A stretch of 64,000 nucleotides of DNA from Candidatus Iainarchaeum sp. (GTDB lineage: Archaea > Iainarchaeota > Iainarchaeia > Iainarchaeales > JAXPJC01). Under the pieces are notes generated by a model. The model searched no databases, was not told where the DNA came from, and worked only from the letters and a program-made list of their open reading frames with translations. Positions 46,804-56,866 of the stretch are shown piece after piece. The translations under genes were made by a program, and so were the position numbers. Location of the stretch: contig JACPJC010000003.1 of assembly GCA_016187745.1 (NCBI GenBank), positions 56,393-120,392 on the forward strand. Direction: 5' to 3'. Position 1 is the first letter of the stretch; each line of letters opens with the position of its first letter.

Positions 46804-47208
46804 ATGACCCAATGGCACAGGAAATCAAGGCGCAAGAAATCCGGGGGGCTGCGCACAAGCACAAGGCGCTCGGACAAACTGCTTGCCTGGATAGGCTCAG
46901 AGCCCACAAACACAAGGCTGGGCAAAAAGAGCGAGATAGAGCGCAAAAAAACAAAGGGCGCGGGCCTAAAGATAAAAACAAGGCAGGCAAATAGCGCAAA
47001 TGTGCTTGATCCTTCAACGAAAAAGACAGAGAAGGCTGAAATACTTACTGTAAAGAGAAATGACGCCAACAGGGAGTTTGCAAGGTCCAACATAATGACA
47101 AAGGGCGCAATTATTGAGGTAAAGACCTCTTCCGGAACAAGGCTTGCGAGAGTTACAAACCGCCCTGGGCAGTCCGGCGGCATTGATGCGGTCCTTATAG
47201 GGCAATAG
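46804..47208 (+). CDS. rps8e: 30S ribosomal protein S8e
   Basis: SRRKKSGG, NIMTKGAII, ARVTNRPGQSG. Confidence 0.95.
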   Translation: MTQWHRKSRRKKSGGLRTSTRRSDKLLAWIGSEPTNTRLGKKSEIERKKTKGAGLKIKTRQANSANVLDPSTKKTEKAEILTVKRNDANREFARSNIMTKGAIIEVKTSSGTRLARVTNRPGQSGGIDAVLIGQ

Positions 47209-47388
47209 TTCGCTTTTTGCTTATAAAGCAAGCGAAAGCTTTATATATAACTTACATAGGAATCTATATATCAGCGCGATTCTTCTTTTACGAATTTCGC
47301 AACCCCCTTAGGAGAAGATTTTCTTGTTGAGAAATTTGGCTGATGACGGAATTTTTATAGATAAAAACCTATTTTGGCAGGTGCAATT

Positions 47389-48294
47389 ATGACCGAGAAA
47401 TGTCCTGAGTGCAAAAGCAATAAGATTGTAAGGGATTCTGAAACCGGCGAAATCATCTGCCAGAAGTGCGGCCTTGTGATAGGCGAAGACACTATTGATA
47501 CAGGCAAGGAATGGCGCTCGTTTGATTCTGACCAGTTTGAGGAGCGCGCGAGAACCGGAAGCCCGATGAAATACACAAAGCTGAACAAGGGCCTTGTTAC
47601 AATGATTGACCGCAGGGGAACTGATCTCAGGGGAAACAAATTAAGCACCAAAAGCCGCGCGCAGATGTACCGCTTAATAAAATGGCACAAGCGCGCCACT
47701 ATAAGCTCCAGCATGCAGCGCAATTTAAGCATTGCGCTTACAGAATTGAGAAGGGTAGCAAGCTACTTGAACATTCCTGAGCAGCTTACTGAAGCAGCAG
47801 CGCTTCTCTACAGGAAAACAGTAAAGAAAGGCCTTATACGCGGAAGGCTTATTGAGGCTGTTGTTGCCGCAGTTCTCTACACGGTCTGCAGAACCTATAA
47901 TGTTCCGCGCACGCTCAATGAGATGGCCGAGGCAAGCGGCCTTACAAAAAAGGAAATTGGGCGCACTTACCGCTTCCTTGTAAGGGAATTGCGCTTGGAT
48001 GTTCCTCTTACAAATCCCATACATTACATTCCGAGATTTGCCTCCGAGCTTAATTTAAGCGGCGAAGTTCAGGAAGAGGGAAGGAAAATACTTGAGAACG
48101 CAATCAAATCCGGATTGATTTCAGGGCGCGGTCCAACAGGGGTTGCAGCAGCTGCAGTTTATATTGCAGGCCTGCTCAAGGGGGAGCGCAGAACCCAGAA
48201 GGAAGTTGCAAATGTTGCCGGGGTAACTGAAGTGACCATACGAAACCGCTACAGGGAATTGAAGAAAAGGCTGAATATAGAAGTTGCTGCATAA
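47389..48294 (+). CDS. tfb: transcription initiation factor B
   Basis: CPEC..CQKCG Zn ribbon, EWRSF, two cyclin repeats, GVTEVTIRNRY. Confidence 0.97.
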   Translation: MTEKCPECKSNKIVRDSETGEIICQKCGLVIGEDTIDTGKEWRSFDSDQFEERARTGSPMKYTKLNKGLVTMIDRRGTDLRGNKLSTKSRAQMYRLIKWHKRATISSSMQRNLSIALTELRRVASYLNIPEQLTEAAALLYRKTVKKGLIRGRLIEAVVAAVLYTVCRTYNVPRTLNEMAEASGLTKKEIGRTYRFLVRELRLDVPLTNPIHYIPRFASELNLSGEVQEEGRKILENAIKSGLISGRGPTGVAAAAVYIAGLLKGERRTQKEVANVAGVTEVTIRNRYRELKKRLNIEVAA

Positions 48295-48385
48295 GAAACC
48301 CTTCGTTTTGTTAAATTCCGCTTTATCCTGCTAATTTTTAAATTCCAAACGCCTATATATTATACCTTATATTCGGGGTGAGAAT

Positions 48386-48676
48386 TTGGATGCAACAAGA
48401 ATAATATCAGGTGCGAGGCGCAGCTGCTCAATGTGCTTTACCTACAGGAACTTCAAGCCCGATGACGAGAGGAAGAACGCGGTGCTTAAGGCGCTGGATG
48501 AGCTCTACAATGCCTACAGGCTTGAGTTTGATTCCCTCAGGAGAGCGGATGCGGGCGAGGAAGAGATAATAAGGGCAAGGGAAAACAAGACCTTCATGCT
48601 GAATGCGGCAGACACCTGCAGGGCATGCGGAAGGGATGAGGACAGAATAAACCGCCTTCTGATGCAGATAAAGTAA
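48386..48676 (+). CDS. small protein with two CxxC motifs
   Basis: CSMC ... CRAC; GGGGTGA SD before TTG. Confidence 0.55.
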   Translation: MDATRIISGARRSCSMCFTYRNFKPDDERKNAVLKALDELYNAYRLEFDSLRRADAGEEEIIRARENKTFMLNAADTCRACGRDEDRINRLLMQIK

Positions 48677-48708
48677 TTCGGGGCTTTATAATTCGGAGAG
48701 CTGATGAA

Positions 48709-49365
48709 ATGCTTATTGCCGGGATTGACGAGGCAGGGCGCGGGCCCGCAGTGGGGCCTTTGGTGCTTGCTGTTGCCGTGATTGAGAAGCGCGATGAGGA
48801 CGAGCTGCTGAAAATAGGGGTAAAGGACTCGAAGCAATTGAGCGAAAAGCAGCGCAATGCGCAGTTCGGAAAAATAAAGGGCGCGCTTTCGGAATTTGCA
48901 ACAATACATATCCTTCCGGAAGAGATTGATTCCCTGCGCGACAGGAAAAGCCTTAATGAAATTGAGGCGATGAAGATTGGCGCGCTCCTGAATGGATTGA
49001 AGAAAAGGCCTTCAGTGCTTTATGTTGATGCGCCCGATGTCATTGAGGAGAATTTCGCAGAGCGCATAAGGAAGTATGTTTCCTATGACCTTGCAATAAA
49101 ATCCGAGCACAAGGCGGATGTTAATTATCCAATAGTGAGCGCTGCCTCAATAATCGCAAAAGTTGAAAGGGATGCGGAAATAGCAAAGCTCTCCAAGGAG
49201 CACGGGGAGATGGGAAGCGGCTATCCGCATGACGAGAGGACGATAAAATTCCTCGAGAAATGGCTTGAGAAGAACAAGGCGCTCCCGAAATTTGCGCGCG
49301 CCTCCTGGGATACCAACAAAACGCTCATTGACAGGAGAATGCAGAGGAAATTGCCTGAATTTTAA
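48709..49365 (+). CDS. rnhB: ribonuclease HII
   Basis: GIDEAGRGP, VKDSK, AASIIAKVERD, GSGYP; PIP box QRKLPEF. Confidence 0.95.
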   Translation: MLIAGIDEAGRGPAVGPLVLAVAVIEKRDEDELLKIGVKDSKQLSEKQRNAQFGKIKGALSEFATIHILPEEIDSLRDRKSLNEIEAMKIGALLNGLKKRPSVLYVDAPDVIEENFAERIRKYVSYDLAIKSEHKADVNYPIVSAASIIAKVERDAEIAKLSKEHGEMGSGYPHDERTIKFLEKWLEKNKALPKFARASWDTNKTLIDRRMQRKLPEF

Positions 49366-49424
49366 TGCGTTTAAAGTATGTTTTTAAACTTATTTCAGGG
49401 TAAATTATTTAGGAGCTGGTTGGA

Positions 49425-49955
49425 ATGGTGATGAATTTATTCGGAAAAAGAAAGCGCTTTGACGACTTCTTCATAGACATTGAGAAGCTTGAGAAGATGA
49501 TGGATGACATGATGAAGGATGCCTTCTTCGGCGGGGATGAGGAGGAAAGGATGAAAATGAGCAAGCCGCTCGTTATGGGCTTTTCACTTAAAGTTGGGCC
49601 GGATGGGAAGCCGGTAATGGAGCAGTTCGGCAACATAAAGCCTGATGAGCAGGGCGCTGTTGTTTCCGCGGCAAGGGAGCCGCTGGTTGATGTTGTTAAA
49701 AGGGACAGTGAATTCATAATTACCGCGGAACTTCCCGGAGTTGAGAAAAAGGAGATAAAGCTCAAGCCGGATAAAAACAACCTGATACTTGAGGTTGAGC
49801 ATCCTGAGAAAGCCTATTATAAGAAAATAGTCCTTGGCGAGCAGATAAATAAGGAAAGCATAAAGGCGAACTTCAAGAACGGAATCCTTGAAATTTCAAT
49901 TGCAAGGAAAAACAAGCCGAAGCCAATTGACAAGGATTTGGTGAAGATTGATTAG
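49425..49955 (+). CDS. hsp20: archaeal small heat shock protein Hsp20
   Basis: GFS..VGPDGKP, REPLVDV, AELPGV, FKNGILE. Confidence 0.9.
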   Translation: MVMNLFGKRKRFDDFFIDIEKLEKMMDDMMKDAFFGGDEEERMKMSKPLVMGFSLKVGPDGKPVMEQFGNIKPDEQGAVVSAAREPLVDVVKRDSEFIITAELPGVEKKEIKLKPDKNNLILEVEHPEKAYYKKIVLGEQINKESIKANFKNGILEISIARKNKPKPIDKDLVKID

Positions 49956-50479
49956 TGCTGATTTTGCATCTGCGTTTCATCCATTGAAACCGGCGCCTGC
50001 AGCTCCAGTTTGTCTTTTAACTTCACGGCATCCTTCCCGAAATATTTCAGGAATTTCTTTGTTGTGCGCACTATGAAGCTTCTTCCCCTAGGCTCGCGCA
50101 TTATGAAGCCGCGCTCCTCGAGAAGCGCAATATCCTCATAGGCCTTGCTTGTCCTGAACCTTATCAGCTGCGACTGCAGGATTGGCTGCTTGTAGGCGAT
50201 GTATGCAAGGGTTTTCATTACGCTCTTCCCGAACTGCACGCTTGCCGCGAGGTGCTTTACGCTTTCCTCGTGCGCCTGCTTAACGCGCAATTGGTAATTG
50301 TCCCCAACGTCAGAAATCTCAAGCGCGGAATTCTCATTGTAGAAGCGCTGCAGCTCTTCAATTGCCTCGCGCACTTCTCCTAAATCATCAGTGGAGCAGA
50401 GCCTGCACAATTCATTCAGGGAAATTGCATTAGGGCTCATAAAAAGGGCGGCTTCAATGGTTTTGCGCAGTTCCGGCAT
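49952..50479 (-). CDS. scpB: segregation/condensation protein B
   Basis: IEAALF, TLAYIAYKQPI, TTKKFLKYFG. Confidence 0.9.
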   Translation of the reverse strand: MPELRKTIEAALFMSPNAISLNELCRLCSTDDLGEVREAIEELQRFYNENSALEISDVGDNYQLRVKQAHEESVKHLAASVQFGKSVMKTLAYIAYKQPILQSQLIRFRTSKAYEDIALLEERGFIMREPRGRSFIVRTTKKFLKYFGKDAVKLKDKLELQAPVSMDETQMQNQH

Positions 50480-50595
50480 GTTTTCTATTCAATTAATTTC
50501 CCAATCCTTTTATATATATTTCCTGCTCAGAAAATTAAAAATCCATTTTAAACCTATCTGTTTTTATATGTGTTTTTCCTATTTATTGAGGGAAT

Positions 50596-51342
50596 ATGGC
50601 TGGGGAGTTTGTACGGGTAAATATTGTGGAATTTGAGAAAAAGAGCCTCAAGGGCTACACTCTTATAGAGGGCTTTCCGGGGCTTGGGCTTGTTGGAACA
50701 ATATGCGCAAAGCATTTCATTGAGAAGCTGGATTTCAAGAAATACGGCTACATACAGTCAAACATATTTGTGCCGGTAATCAGGATAAGGGAGGGCAAGC
50801 CCGTTTATCCCTCAAGGATTTTTGTAAACGACAAGCTGAAGCTAATTGTGATTATTTCCGAACAGGTCATTCCTGCGCAGTTCATAGATGATTTTGCGCG
50901 CGCGATTGTTGAATGGGTGTGCAAAAAGGGGATTAAGCGCGTCATCTCATTGAGCGGAATCCAGGTGGAGGATTCAGAGCAGAAAATCTACGGGATGGGC
51001 GCAAATGACAATTCAATAAGAATCCTCAAGAAATACAATATCGAGCCCATTGCGGAAGGCATTACAACAGGGATAAGCGCGCTGATGATGCTCGAATTGA
51101 AGTGCGAGAATGTTGAGGCAATTTCCCTTCTGAGCACTGTGAAGATTGCCGCGGATTACAAGGCGGCTGCTGAACTTATAAAAAAGCTGAATGAAATCTT
51201 CAACCTGAAGCTCGGGGTTGAGCCATTGCTTGCCGAAGCCAAGAAAACCGAGGAGGAAATCACATCATACATGCAGAAGATGAAGGAAACCCAGGAGAGC
51301 ATCAGCAGGATTGAGGAAAGCACGCCCGCGCCAACAACATAG
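50596..51342 (+). CDS. proteasome assembly chaperone (PAC2 family)
   Basis: LIEGFPGLGLVGTI, GISALMM, D..AAA. Confidence 0.85.
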   Translation: MAGEFVRVNIVEFEKKSLKGYTLIEGFPGLGLVGTICAKHFIEKLDFKKYGYIQSNIFVPVIRIREGKPVYPSRIFVNDKLKLIVIISEQVIPAQFIDDFARAIVEWVCKKGIKRVISLSGIQVEDSEQKIYGMGANDNSIRILKKYNIEPIAEGITTGISALMMLELKCENVEAISLLSTVKIAADYKAAAELIKKLNEIFNLKLGVEPLLAEAKKTEEEITSYMQKMKETQESISRIEESTPAPTT

Positions 51343-51354
51343 GGGGATGAAAAT

Positions 51355-51876
51355 ATGGGAAAAACAGAAGAGAACCTTAAATTTGCATTTTCAGGGGAAT
51401 CACAGGCGCGGAACAAATACACCTATTTTGCGGAAGTTGCGCGGAAGGAAGGCTATGAGCAGATCGCTGCTATTTTTGAGGAAACCGCGGGGAATGAGAG
51501 GGAGCATGCGAAAAGGGAATTTGAATTCCTGAAGGGAATTGGCAACACAAAGCAGAATTTGAAGGCCGCAATCGCAGGGGAGCACTATGAATGCTCGGAA
51601 ATGTATCCAAAATTCGAGAAGGAGGCGCGCGAGGAGGGAAAAAAGGAGATTGCAGATTTGTTCAAGGAAATCTGCGAAGTCGAGGTGCAGCACGAAAAGC
51701 GCTATAAAAAATTGCTTGAGAACATTGAAAACGGGAAAGTATTCAGGAAAGGTGCCGAAGTTAAATGGAAGTGCGCAAATTGCGGCTATGTGCATTCCGG
51801 GAAGGAAGCTCCCGATAAATGCCCCGCGTGCGGGAAGCCCCGCGCTTACTATGAATTGCTTTGTGAAAATTATTAA
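51355..51876 (+). CDS. rbr: rubrerythrin
   Basis: AFSGESQARNKY, NEREHA, EVQHE, C-terminal CANC/CPAC. Confidence 0.95.
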   Translation: MGKTEENLKFAFSGESQARNKYTYFAEVARKEGYEQIAAIFEETAGNEREHAKREFEFLKGIGNTKQNLKAAIAGEHYECSEMYPKFEKEAREEGKKEIADLFKEICEVEVQHEKRYKKLLENIENGKVFRKGAEVKWKCANCGYVHSGKEAPDKCPACGKPRAYYELLCENY

Positions 51877-51987
51877 GGAGGTATGAAAATGAGCTGTGGA
51901 TTCTGCGAACCCAAAAAGAAGGCAAAAAAGAAAAAGAAGAAGTGAAAAATAATTTCAATCTTTGCAAAGGTGCAGGGGTGCGGAGAT

Positions 51988-52167
51988 ATGGGAATGAGGT
52001 TTCTTAAGTGGAGAAGTACTAGAGCTTTGGAAAGAAGGGAGGCAGTACTGCGTGACATAGAGATTAATAAGAGGGCAACCCTTAAAGAGCAGGGAGAATC
52101 TGATAAAATTAAGCAGATATTGCACAATCGTTATAATAAAAAGAATTTTTGGATAAAACTTAAATAA
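51988..52167 (+). CDS. small basic hypothetical protein
   Basis: MGMRFLKWRSTR...; GGGGTG SD-like motif. Confidence 0.4.
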   Translation: MGMRFLKWRSTRALERREAVLRDIEINKRATLKEQGESDKIKQILHNRYNKKNFWIKLK

Positions 52168-52187
52168 AATAAGCCGGAGTTGGTAAA

Positions 52188-52784
52188 ATGGCTGAAGAGA
52201 AAATAGTAAAACCGCTCAAATACAAAGCGCTCAGCGGGCTTTCCGAGAAGCAGCTTGCGGAGCACCATGATGTCCTGTATGCGGGCTATGTTAAGAAGAC
52301 AAATGAAATCCGCGCAAAACTGCCTTCTGCGGACAAGGAAAACCCGAATGCGACTTTTTCCGAATTGCGCGAGCTGAAGGCTGAAGAGAGCTTCGCGCTC
52401 AATGGGGTTAAACTGCACGAGGGCTATTTTGACAACATGGCGGCGCAGCCCGGCGCGCCAAATGGTGCAATTCTGGAATTAATAAACCGGGATTTTGGAA
52501 ATTATGAAAGCTGGGAAAAGGAGTTTAAGGCGCTCGGGGTTTCAGCGCGCGGATGGGTAATTCTTGCCTATGACCTTGATGATAAAAAATTATTCAATGT
52601 GCTCTGCGATGCGCACAATCACGCGGGAATATGGAACTGCATTGCCCTGCTTGTGATGGATGTATATGAGCACGCATACTTCGTTGATTATGCCACAGCG
52701 CGCAAAAAATACATTGACGCTTTTTTCAGCAATATTGACTGGAAGGAAGCGAATTCACGAATTGAAAAATATGGGATAAGATGA
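52188..52784 (+). CDS. sod: Fe/Mn superoxide dismutase
   Basis: EHH..LYAGYV, LHE.YF, GWV, MDVYEHAY. Confidence 0.92.
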   Translation: MAEEKIVKPLKYKALSGLSEKQLAEHHDVLYAGYVKKTNEIRAKLPSADKENPNATFSELRELKAEESFALNGVKLHEGYFDNMAAQPGAPNGAILELINRDFGNYESWEKEFKALGVSARGWVILAYDLDDKKLFNVLCDAHNHAGIWNCIALLVMDVYEHAYFVDYATARKKYIDAFFSNIDWKEANSRIEKYGIR

Positions 52785-52799
52785 ACCGGGGACAAAAAA

Positions 52800-53384
52800 A
52801 TGAAAAAATATGTTTTGATTGCGGCATTGCTGGTTGCGCTCTCCCTTTTGTTCGGCTGCGTTAATTACGCAGGCGATAATGCCGGAGGCTCAACAAGCGA
52901 TACCATAAACATAGGCGCAGGGGGAGAAGGAACAGGCGCGGATACTGTCGGAACAGGCGAATCTTCCGGCGCAGTCTCCGGAGGCGCGGGGGAAAGTGAA
53001 AGTGGCGCGACATCCGGAACAGAAACCGGCGCTGGGGGAACTGAAACAGGAATTGCAGATTCAGGGGAAGCTGCAGATGCAATAGGGGCGGGAGAAACAG
53101 GCGCTGCAACTGGCGATGCAACAACAACCGCTCCGCAAATCTATACAATTAACATACAGAACTTTGCATTCAGCCCCGCGCAGCTGACAATTAAAAGGGG
53201 AGATAGCATAATATGGACAAATTTGGATTCTGTGGCGCATACTGCAACTTCAGACACAGGGGCGTTTGATTCAGGGGCTCTGGGAAAAAACGCATCATGG
53301 ATTAGAACCTTCAATGAGGCAGGCACATTTGAATACCACTGCACTCCGCACCCTTACATGAAGGCAAAAATAATTGTGGAATGA
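52800..53384 (+). CDS. cupredoxin (plastocyanin/amicyanin-like) lipoprotein with G/T/E-rich linker
   Basis: LLFGC lipobox; WTNLDSVAHT; YHCTPHPYM type-1 copper site. Confidence 0.9.
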   Translation: MKKYVLIAALLVALSLLFGCVNYAGDNAGGSTSDTINIGAGGEGTGADTVGTGESSGAVSGGAGESESGATSGTETGAGGTETGIADSGEAADAIGAGETGAATGDATTTAPQIYTINIQNFAFSPAQLTIKRGDSIIWTNLDSVAHTATSDTGAFDSGALGKNASWIRTFNEAGTFEYHCTPHPYMKAKIIVE

Positions 53385-53415
53385 ATATGATTAAAACAAA
53401 AAGGAGGCATTGAAA

Positions 53416-53769
53416 ATGAAAAAATATGTTTTGATTGCGGCTTTGGTGATTCTGCCATTCCTGCTGTTCGGATGCGTAAGTAATGGCGATTCCGGAAACG
53501 GGGGCAATGGCGCGGCAGCGGGGAAAACTGTAAGCATGCAGAATTTTGCATTCGGCCCTGCGGAAATCACAATAAAGAAGGGCGATACGGTAAAGTGGAC
53601 AAACTTGGATTCTGTTGCGCACACAGTAACTTCTGATGACGGGGCATTTGATTCCGGCCTGCTGAGCCAGAATGCATCGTGGAGCAAAACATTCAATGAG
53701 GCTGGAACTTTTGAATACCACTGCACTCCGCATCCATACATGAAGGCAAAAATAATTGTAGAGGAGTAA
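53416..53769 (+). CDS. cupredoxin lipoprotein (tandem paralog)
   Basis: Same signal peptide start and YHCTPHPYMKAKIIVE end as the preceding gene. Confidence 0.9.
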   Translation: MKKYVLIAALVILPFLLFGCVSNGDSGNGGNGAAAGKTVSMQNFAFGPAEITIKKGDTVKWTNLDSVAHTVTSDDGAFDSGLLSQNASWSKTFNEAGTFEYHCTPHPYMKAKIIVEE

Positions 53770-53774
53770 ATGCA

Positions 53775-54890
53775 ATGGTAAAATTTGACGGCTTCGGCCC
53801 TGAAAAAATCCTTGAAGTGCACAATGCAAAGGTGGGAATGCACGGCTTCCTTGTTATTGACAATACCGCCTTAGGCCCGGGAAAGGGCGGCATACGCATG
53901 ACGGGAACTGTTGATGCAGAGGAAGTATTCAGGCTTGCGCGCACAATGACATGGAAATGCGCGCTTGCCGAAGTTCCCTTCGGTGGCGCAAAATCAGGGA
54001 TTGTTGCAGATCCATCCAAAATGTCGGATAAAAAGAAGCTTGATATAATTGCTGCTTTCTCCAAATCGCTCAAATCATTGTGCCCAAGCGAATACATTGC
54101 CGCGCCTGACATAAATACGGGGGAGAGGGAAATGGAAGTGTTTGCGAAGGCAAATGGCAATATGAAAAGCTGCACAGGAAAGCCTGAGAAATTAGGGGGG
54201 CTCCCGCACGAGCTCGGAAGCACTGGCTTCGGGATATATCATTCGGCAAAGGCAGCATGCGATTTTTTGAAAAGAGATATGGGGAAAATGCGCTTCTCGG
54301 TTGAGGGCTTCGGGAATGTTGGATTTTTCGCGGCAAAATACATTTCCGGGGCGGGGGCAAAATTGTGCGCTGTTTCAGACTCGAAAGGCGTTGCATACAG
54401 AAAGGACGGGCTTGATTTTGCAAAGCTTTCTGAAGTAAAGAAAAAAACCGGCTCTGTAATTAATTATCCCAATGCAACAGTGCTCCCGAATTCTGAGATA
54501 ATTTCCATTCCTGCCGATATGCTTGTAACTGCTGCTGTGCCAGACCTAATAAACATTCACAATGTTGATGATGTGAAGGCGAAACTGATAATTGAGGGCT
54601 CGAATATTCCAATAAAGCACGAGGTTGAGAATTTGCTTGCGAAAAGGAAAATCCTTGTAATTCCTGATTTCGTTGCGAATGCCGGAGGCGTAATAAGCAG
54701 CTATGTGGAGCACACCAGCGGCAAAAAGGAAAGGATGATGAAGTTGGTGGAGCAAAAAATAACGAAAAACACCAGGCTTGTGCTTAAGAGAATGCAGAGC
54801 AATTACTGCACGAGGTGCGCCGCGCTTGACATTGCAAAAAGGCGCGTACTCAAAAAATGCAAGCCCTGCAATGCCATGCTAATAAGTTGA
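53775..54890 (+). CDS. gdhA: Glu/Leu/Phe/Val dehydrogenase
   Basis: GPGKGGIR, MTWK, PFGGAKSG, APD, GFGNVG, PDFVANAGGV. Confidence 0.88.
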   Translation: MVKFDGFGPEKILEVHNAKVGMHGFLVIDNTALGPGKGGIRMTGTVDAEEVFRLARTMTWKCALAEVPFGGAKSGIVADPSKMSDKKKLDIIAAFSKSLKSLCPSEYIAAPDINTGEREMEVFAKANGNMKSCTGKPEKLGGLPHELGSTGFGIYHSAKAACDFLKRDMGKMRFSVEGFGNVGFFAAKYISGAGAKLCAVSDSKGVAYRKDGLDFAKLSEVKKKTGSVINYPNATVLPNSEIISIPADMLVTAAVPDLINIHNVDDVKAKLIIEGSNIPIKHEVENLLAKRKILVIPDFVANAGGVISSYVEHTSGKKERMMKLVEQKITKNTRLVLKRMQSNYCTRCAALDIAKRRVLKKCKPCNAMLIS

Positions 54891-54895
54891 TTGAA

Positions 54896-55810
54896 ATGGC
54901 CTTATACGATTTGATAATAATTGGCGCCGGTCCTGCGGGAATTACCGCTGCAATTTATGCGGCGCGGCAGAAGCTCAAAACCCTTGTTATTTCCAAGGAT
55001 GTGGGAGGGCAGGTTGCATTGACGGCAGACATAGAAAACTGGATTGGCTACCAGTTCATTACCGGAAGCGAGCTGACAAAAAAATTCGATGAGCATATTG
55101 AGGCATACAAGGACACTATCGGGTTGGAATTGGGGACCGAAATTATCGGGATAGGGAGGAAAAATTCAAATTTCCTTGCAAAAACAAAAAGCGGGACTTA
55201 TGAATCAAGGGTTGTTATTATCGCTTCGGGAAAAAAGCCCCGCCCATTAAATGTTCCCGGGGAGCAGGAATTCAAGGGGAAAGGCCTTACCTATTGCGCA
55301 GTCTGCGATGCGCCGCTTTTCCCGAGAAAGGATGTTGCAGTAATAGGCGGGGGAAATTCAGCATTGGAAGCCGCGCTGCAATTGACAAAAATCGCAAACA
55401 AGGTTTATCTCATAAACAAAAACCCCGCAATGAAGGGGGAAAAAGCAATAATTGACAAGGTTGAGAAAAATCCAAAAGTGGAAAAAGTATATAACTCAAT
55501 TACAAAGGAGATTCTGGGGGATAAATTTGTGAATGCAGTAAGGGTTGAGCAGAACGGGAAAGAGCGCAGGATAAATGTGCAGGGGGTTTTTGTTGAAATT
55601 GGGCTTATCCCGAATACTGATTTTGTGGATCTTGCCGGGAAAAACAAGTACAATGAGATTATAGTGAACTCAAGCACCGAAACAAATGTCCCGGGGCTTT
55701 TTGCAGCGGGGGATGTTGCGGATGTGCCTGAAAAGCAGATTGTAGTGGCAGCAGCAGAGGGCTGCAAGGCGGCGCTTGCAGCCGCGCGCTATCTTGCGAA
55801 ATTGAAATGA
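54896..55810 (+). CDS. trxB: thioredoxin reductase
   Basis: IIGAGPAG, YCAVCD, GGGNSA, FAAGD. Confidence 0.92.
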   Translation: MALYDLIIIGAGPAGITAAIYAARQKLKTLVISKDVGGQVALTADIENWIGYQFITGSELTKKFDEHIEAYKDTIGLELGTEIIGIGRKNSNFLAKTKSGTYESRVVIIASGKKPRPLNVPGEQEFKGKGLTYCAVCDAPLFPRKDVAVIGGGNSALEAALQLTKIANKVYLINKNPAMKGEKAIIDKVEKNPKVEKVYNSITKEILGDKFVNAVRVEQNGKERRINVQGVFVEIGLIPNTDFVDLAGKNKYNEIIVNSSTETNVPGLFAAGDVADVPEKQIVVAAAEGCKAALAAARYLAKLK

Positions 55811-55813
55811 AAT

Positions 55814-56146
55814 TCAGGTTACGCCGCTTGGCATTTCCCTTTTTCCAAGGGCCCAGTCCCTGAGGTTTTCATAATCAGTTTCCCCGCAGAAGGCTTCCCC
55901 TGTTTTCGCATTATAGAATGCAGGAACTCCAACAGTTCCGCAGGCCTCCTCAAACAGCTCTGCAAGCTGCTCCATCCTCTGCGCATTTGCGGAATTGTGC
56001 CATACCTCGTATTTCTCGATTTTTATGCCCAATTCCTTTTCCAGTTTTTCAACAAGCGGCTTCATTACGGCGCAGTGCGGGCATTCCTCTCCATAGAACT
56101 CAATAAGCGGCCCCTCATCGCGCGCTTTATCTGTTTTCTTAATCAT
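55814..56146 (-). CDS. thioredoxin/glutaredoxin-like protein
   Basis: FYGEECPHC, GVPAF. Confidence 0.85.
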   Translation of the reverse strand: MIKKTDKARDEGPLIEFYGEECPHCAVMKPLVEKLEKELGIKIEKYEVWHNSANAQRMEQLAELFEEACGTVGVPAFYNAKTGEAFCGETDYENLRDWALGKREMPSGVT

Positions 56147-56405
56147 GCTCTTTTCTTTTGTCAAACAATTCAGCGCATTTCTCGGAGCAGAACCAAAGGG
56201 TTTTTTCCCCAACCTTGCGCTCAATCACTTTCTCATCCATGTTCATCTGCTTTCCGCATTCTCCGCATTCCACCACTTCCAGCTCCTCATGGCCTTCCAT
56301 GAAGCCGGCTTCCGCAGGGGAAATTTCGTCCTCTTCCAGCCCCTCATCGCGCTGCTTCTCGTCGTAAATATTCTCATCTTCCGTCTCAACTGGTTTTTTT
56401 GCCAT
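56139..56405 (-). CDS. acidic small protein with TRASH/YHS-like metal-binding motif
   Basis: CGECG...FCSEKC. Confidence 0.7.
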   Translation of the reverse strand: MAKKPVETEDENIYDEKQRDEGLEEDEISPAEAGFMEGHEELEVVECGECGKQMNMDEKVIERKVGEKTLWFCSEKCAELFDKRKEHD

Positions 56406-56481
56406 GCTATCAGCTCCTTATGTGAGTTATAAAATTGGGTCTTATTATTTAAAAATAAGTAGGTTTCATAATTAAAATAGC

Positions 56482-56853
56482 ATGGGGATACCAAAAAGGC
56501 GAATTCTGAAGAAATTAAGAGAGAAGAACATATCTAATTATTTTTCTATGCTGCTACAAAAGCGCGGAATACTCCCGCGGAAAACAGAAACTATAAAATG
56601 CCTCAAGACTCTGGAACATCCAACTCAGTTAGGAGAGTTATATGTCACATATATTAAAAAATATGATGAGTATCCTCCGCTTATAGATTTTATCAATGAT
56701 GCAGGCGGTAGAAATGCAGGAAGATATATAAATTGGGTTACAAACAAATACGGCTCTGAAGAGCTGTTAAAGCGACTGGCATACAAGTTAGAACAAGCAA
56801 CAGCAGATGCAAGGAATATTGATAAGATAATCAAACGCAAATCAATCAAATAG
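56482..56853 (+). CDS. hypothetical basic protein (MGIPKRR...)
   Basis: AT-rich 123-aa ORF, leaderless behind TTTAAAA. Confidence 0.55.
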   Translation: MGIPKRRILKKLREKNISNYFSMLLQKRGILPRKTETIKCLKTLEHPTQLGELYVTYIKKYDEYPPLIDFINDAGGRNAGRYINWVTNKYGSEELLKRLAYKLEQATADARNIDKIIKRKSIK

Positions 56854-56866
56854 TTTAGCAGTTAAC

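Noticed and set aside
47230-47373. Possible C/D box sRNA or structured leader upstream of tfb (TGATGA at ~47341)
   Set aside because: No properly placed D box or convincing stem; most simply the tfb promoter and 5' UTR
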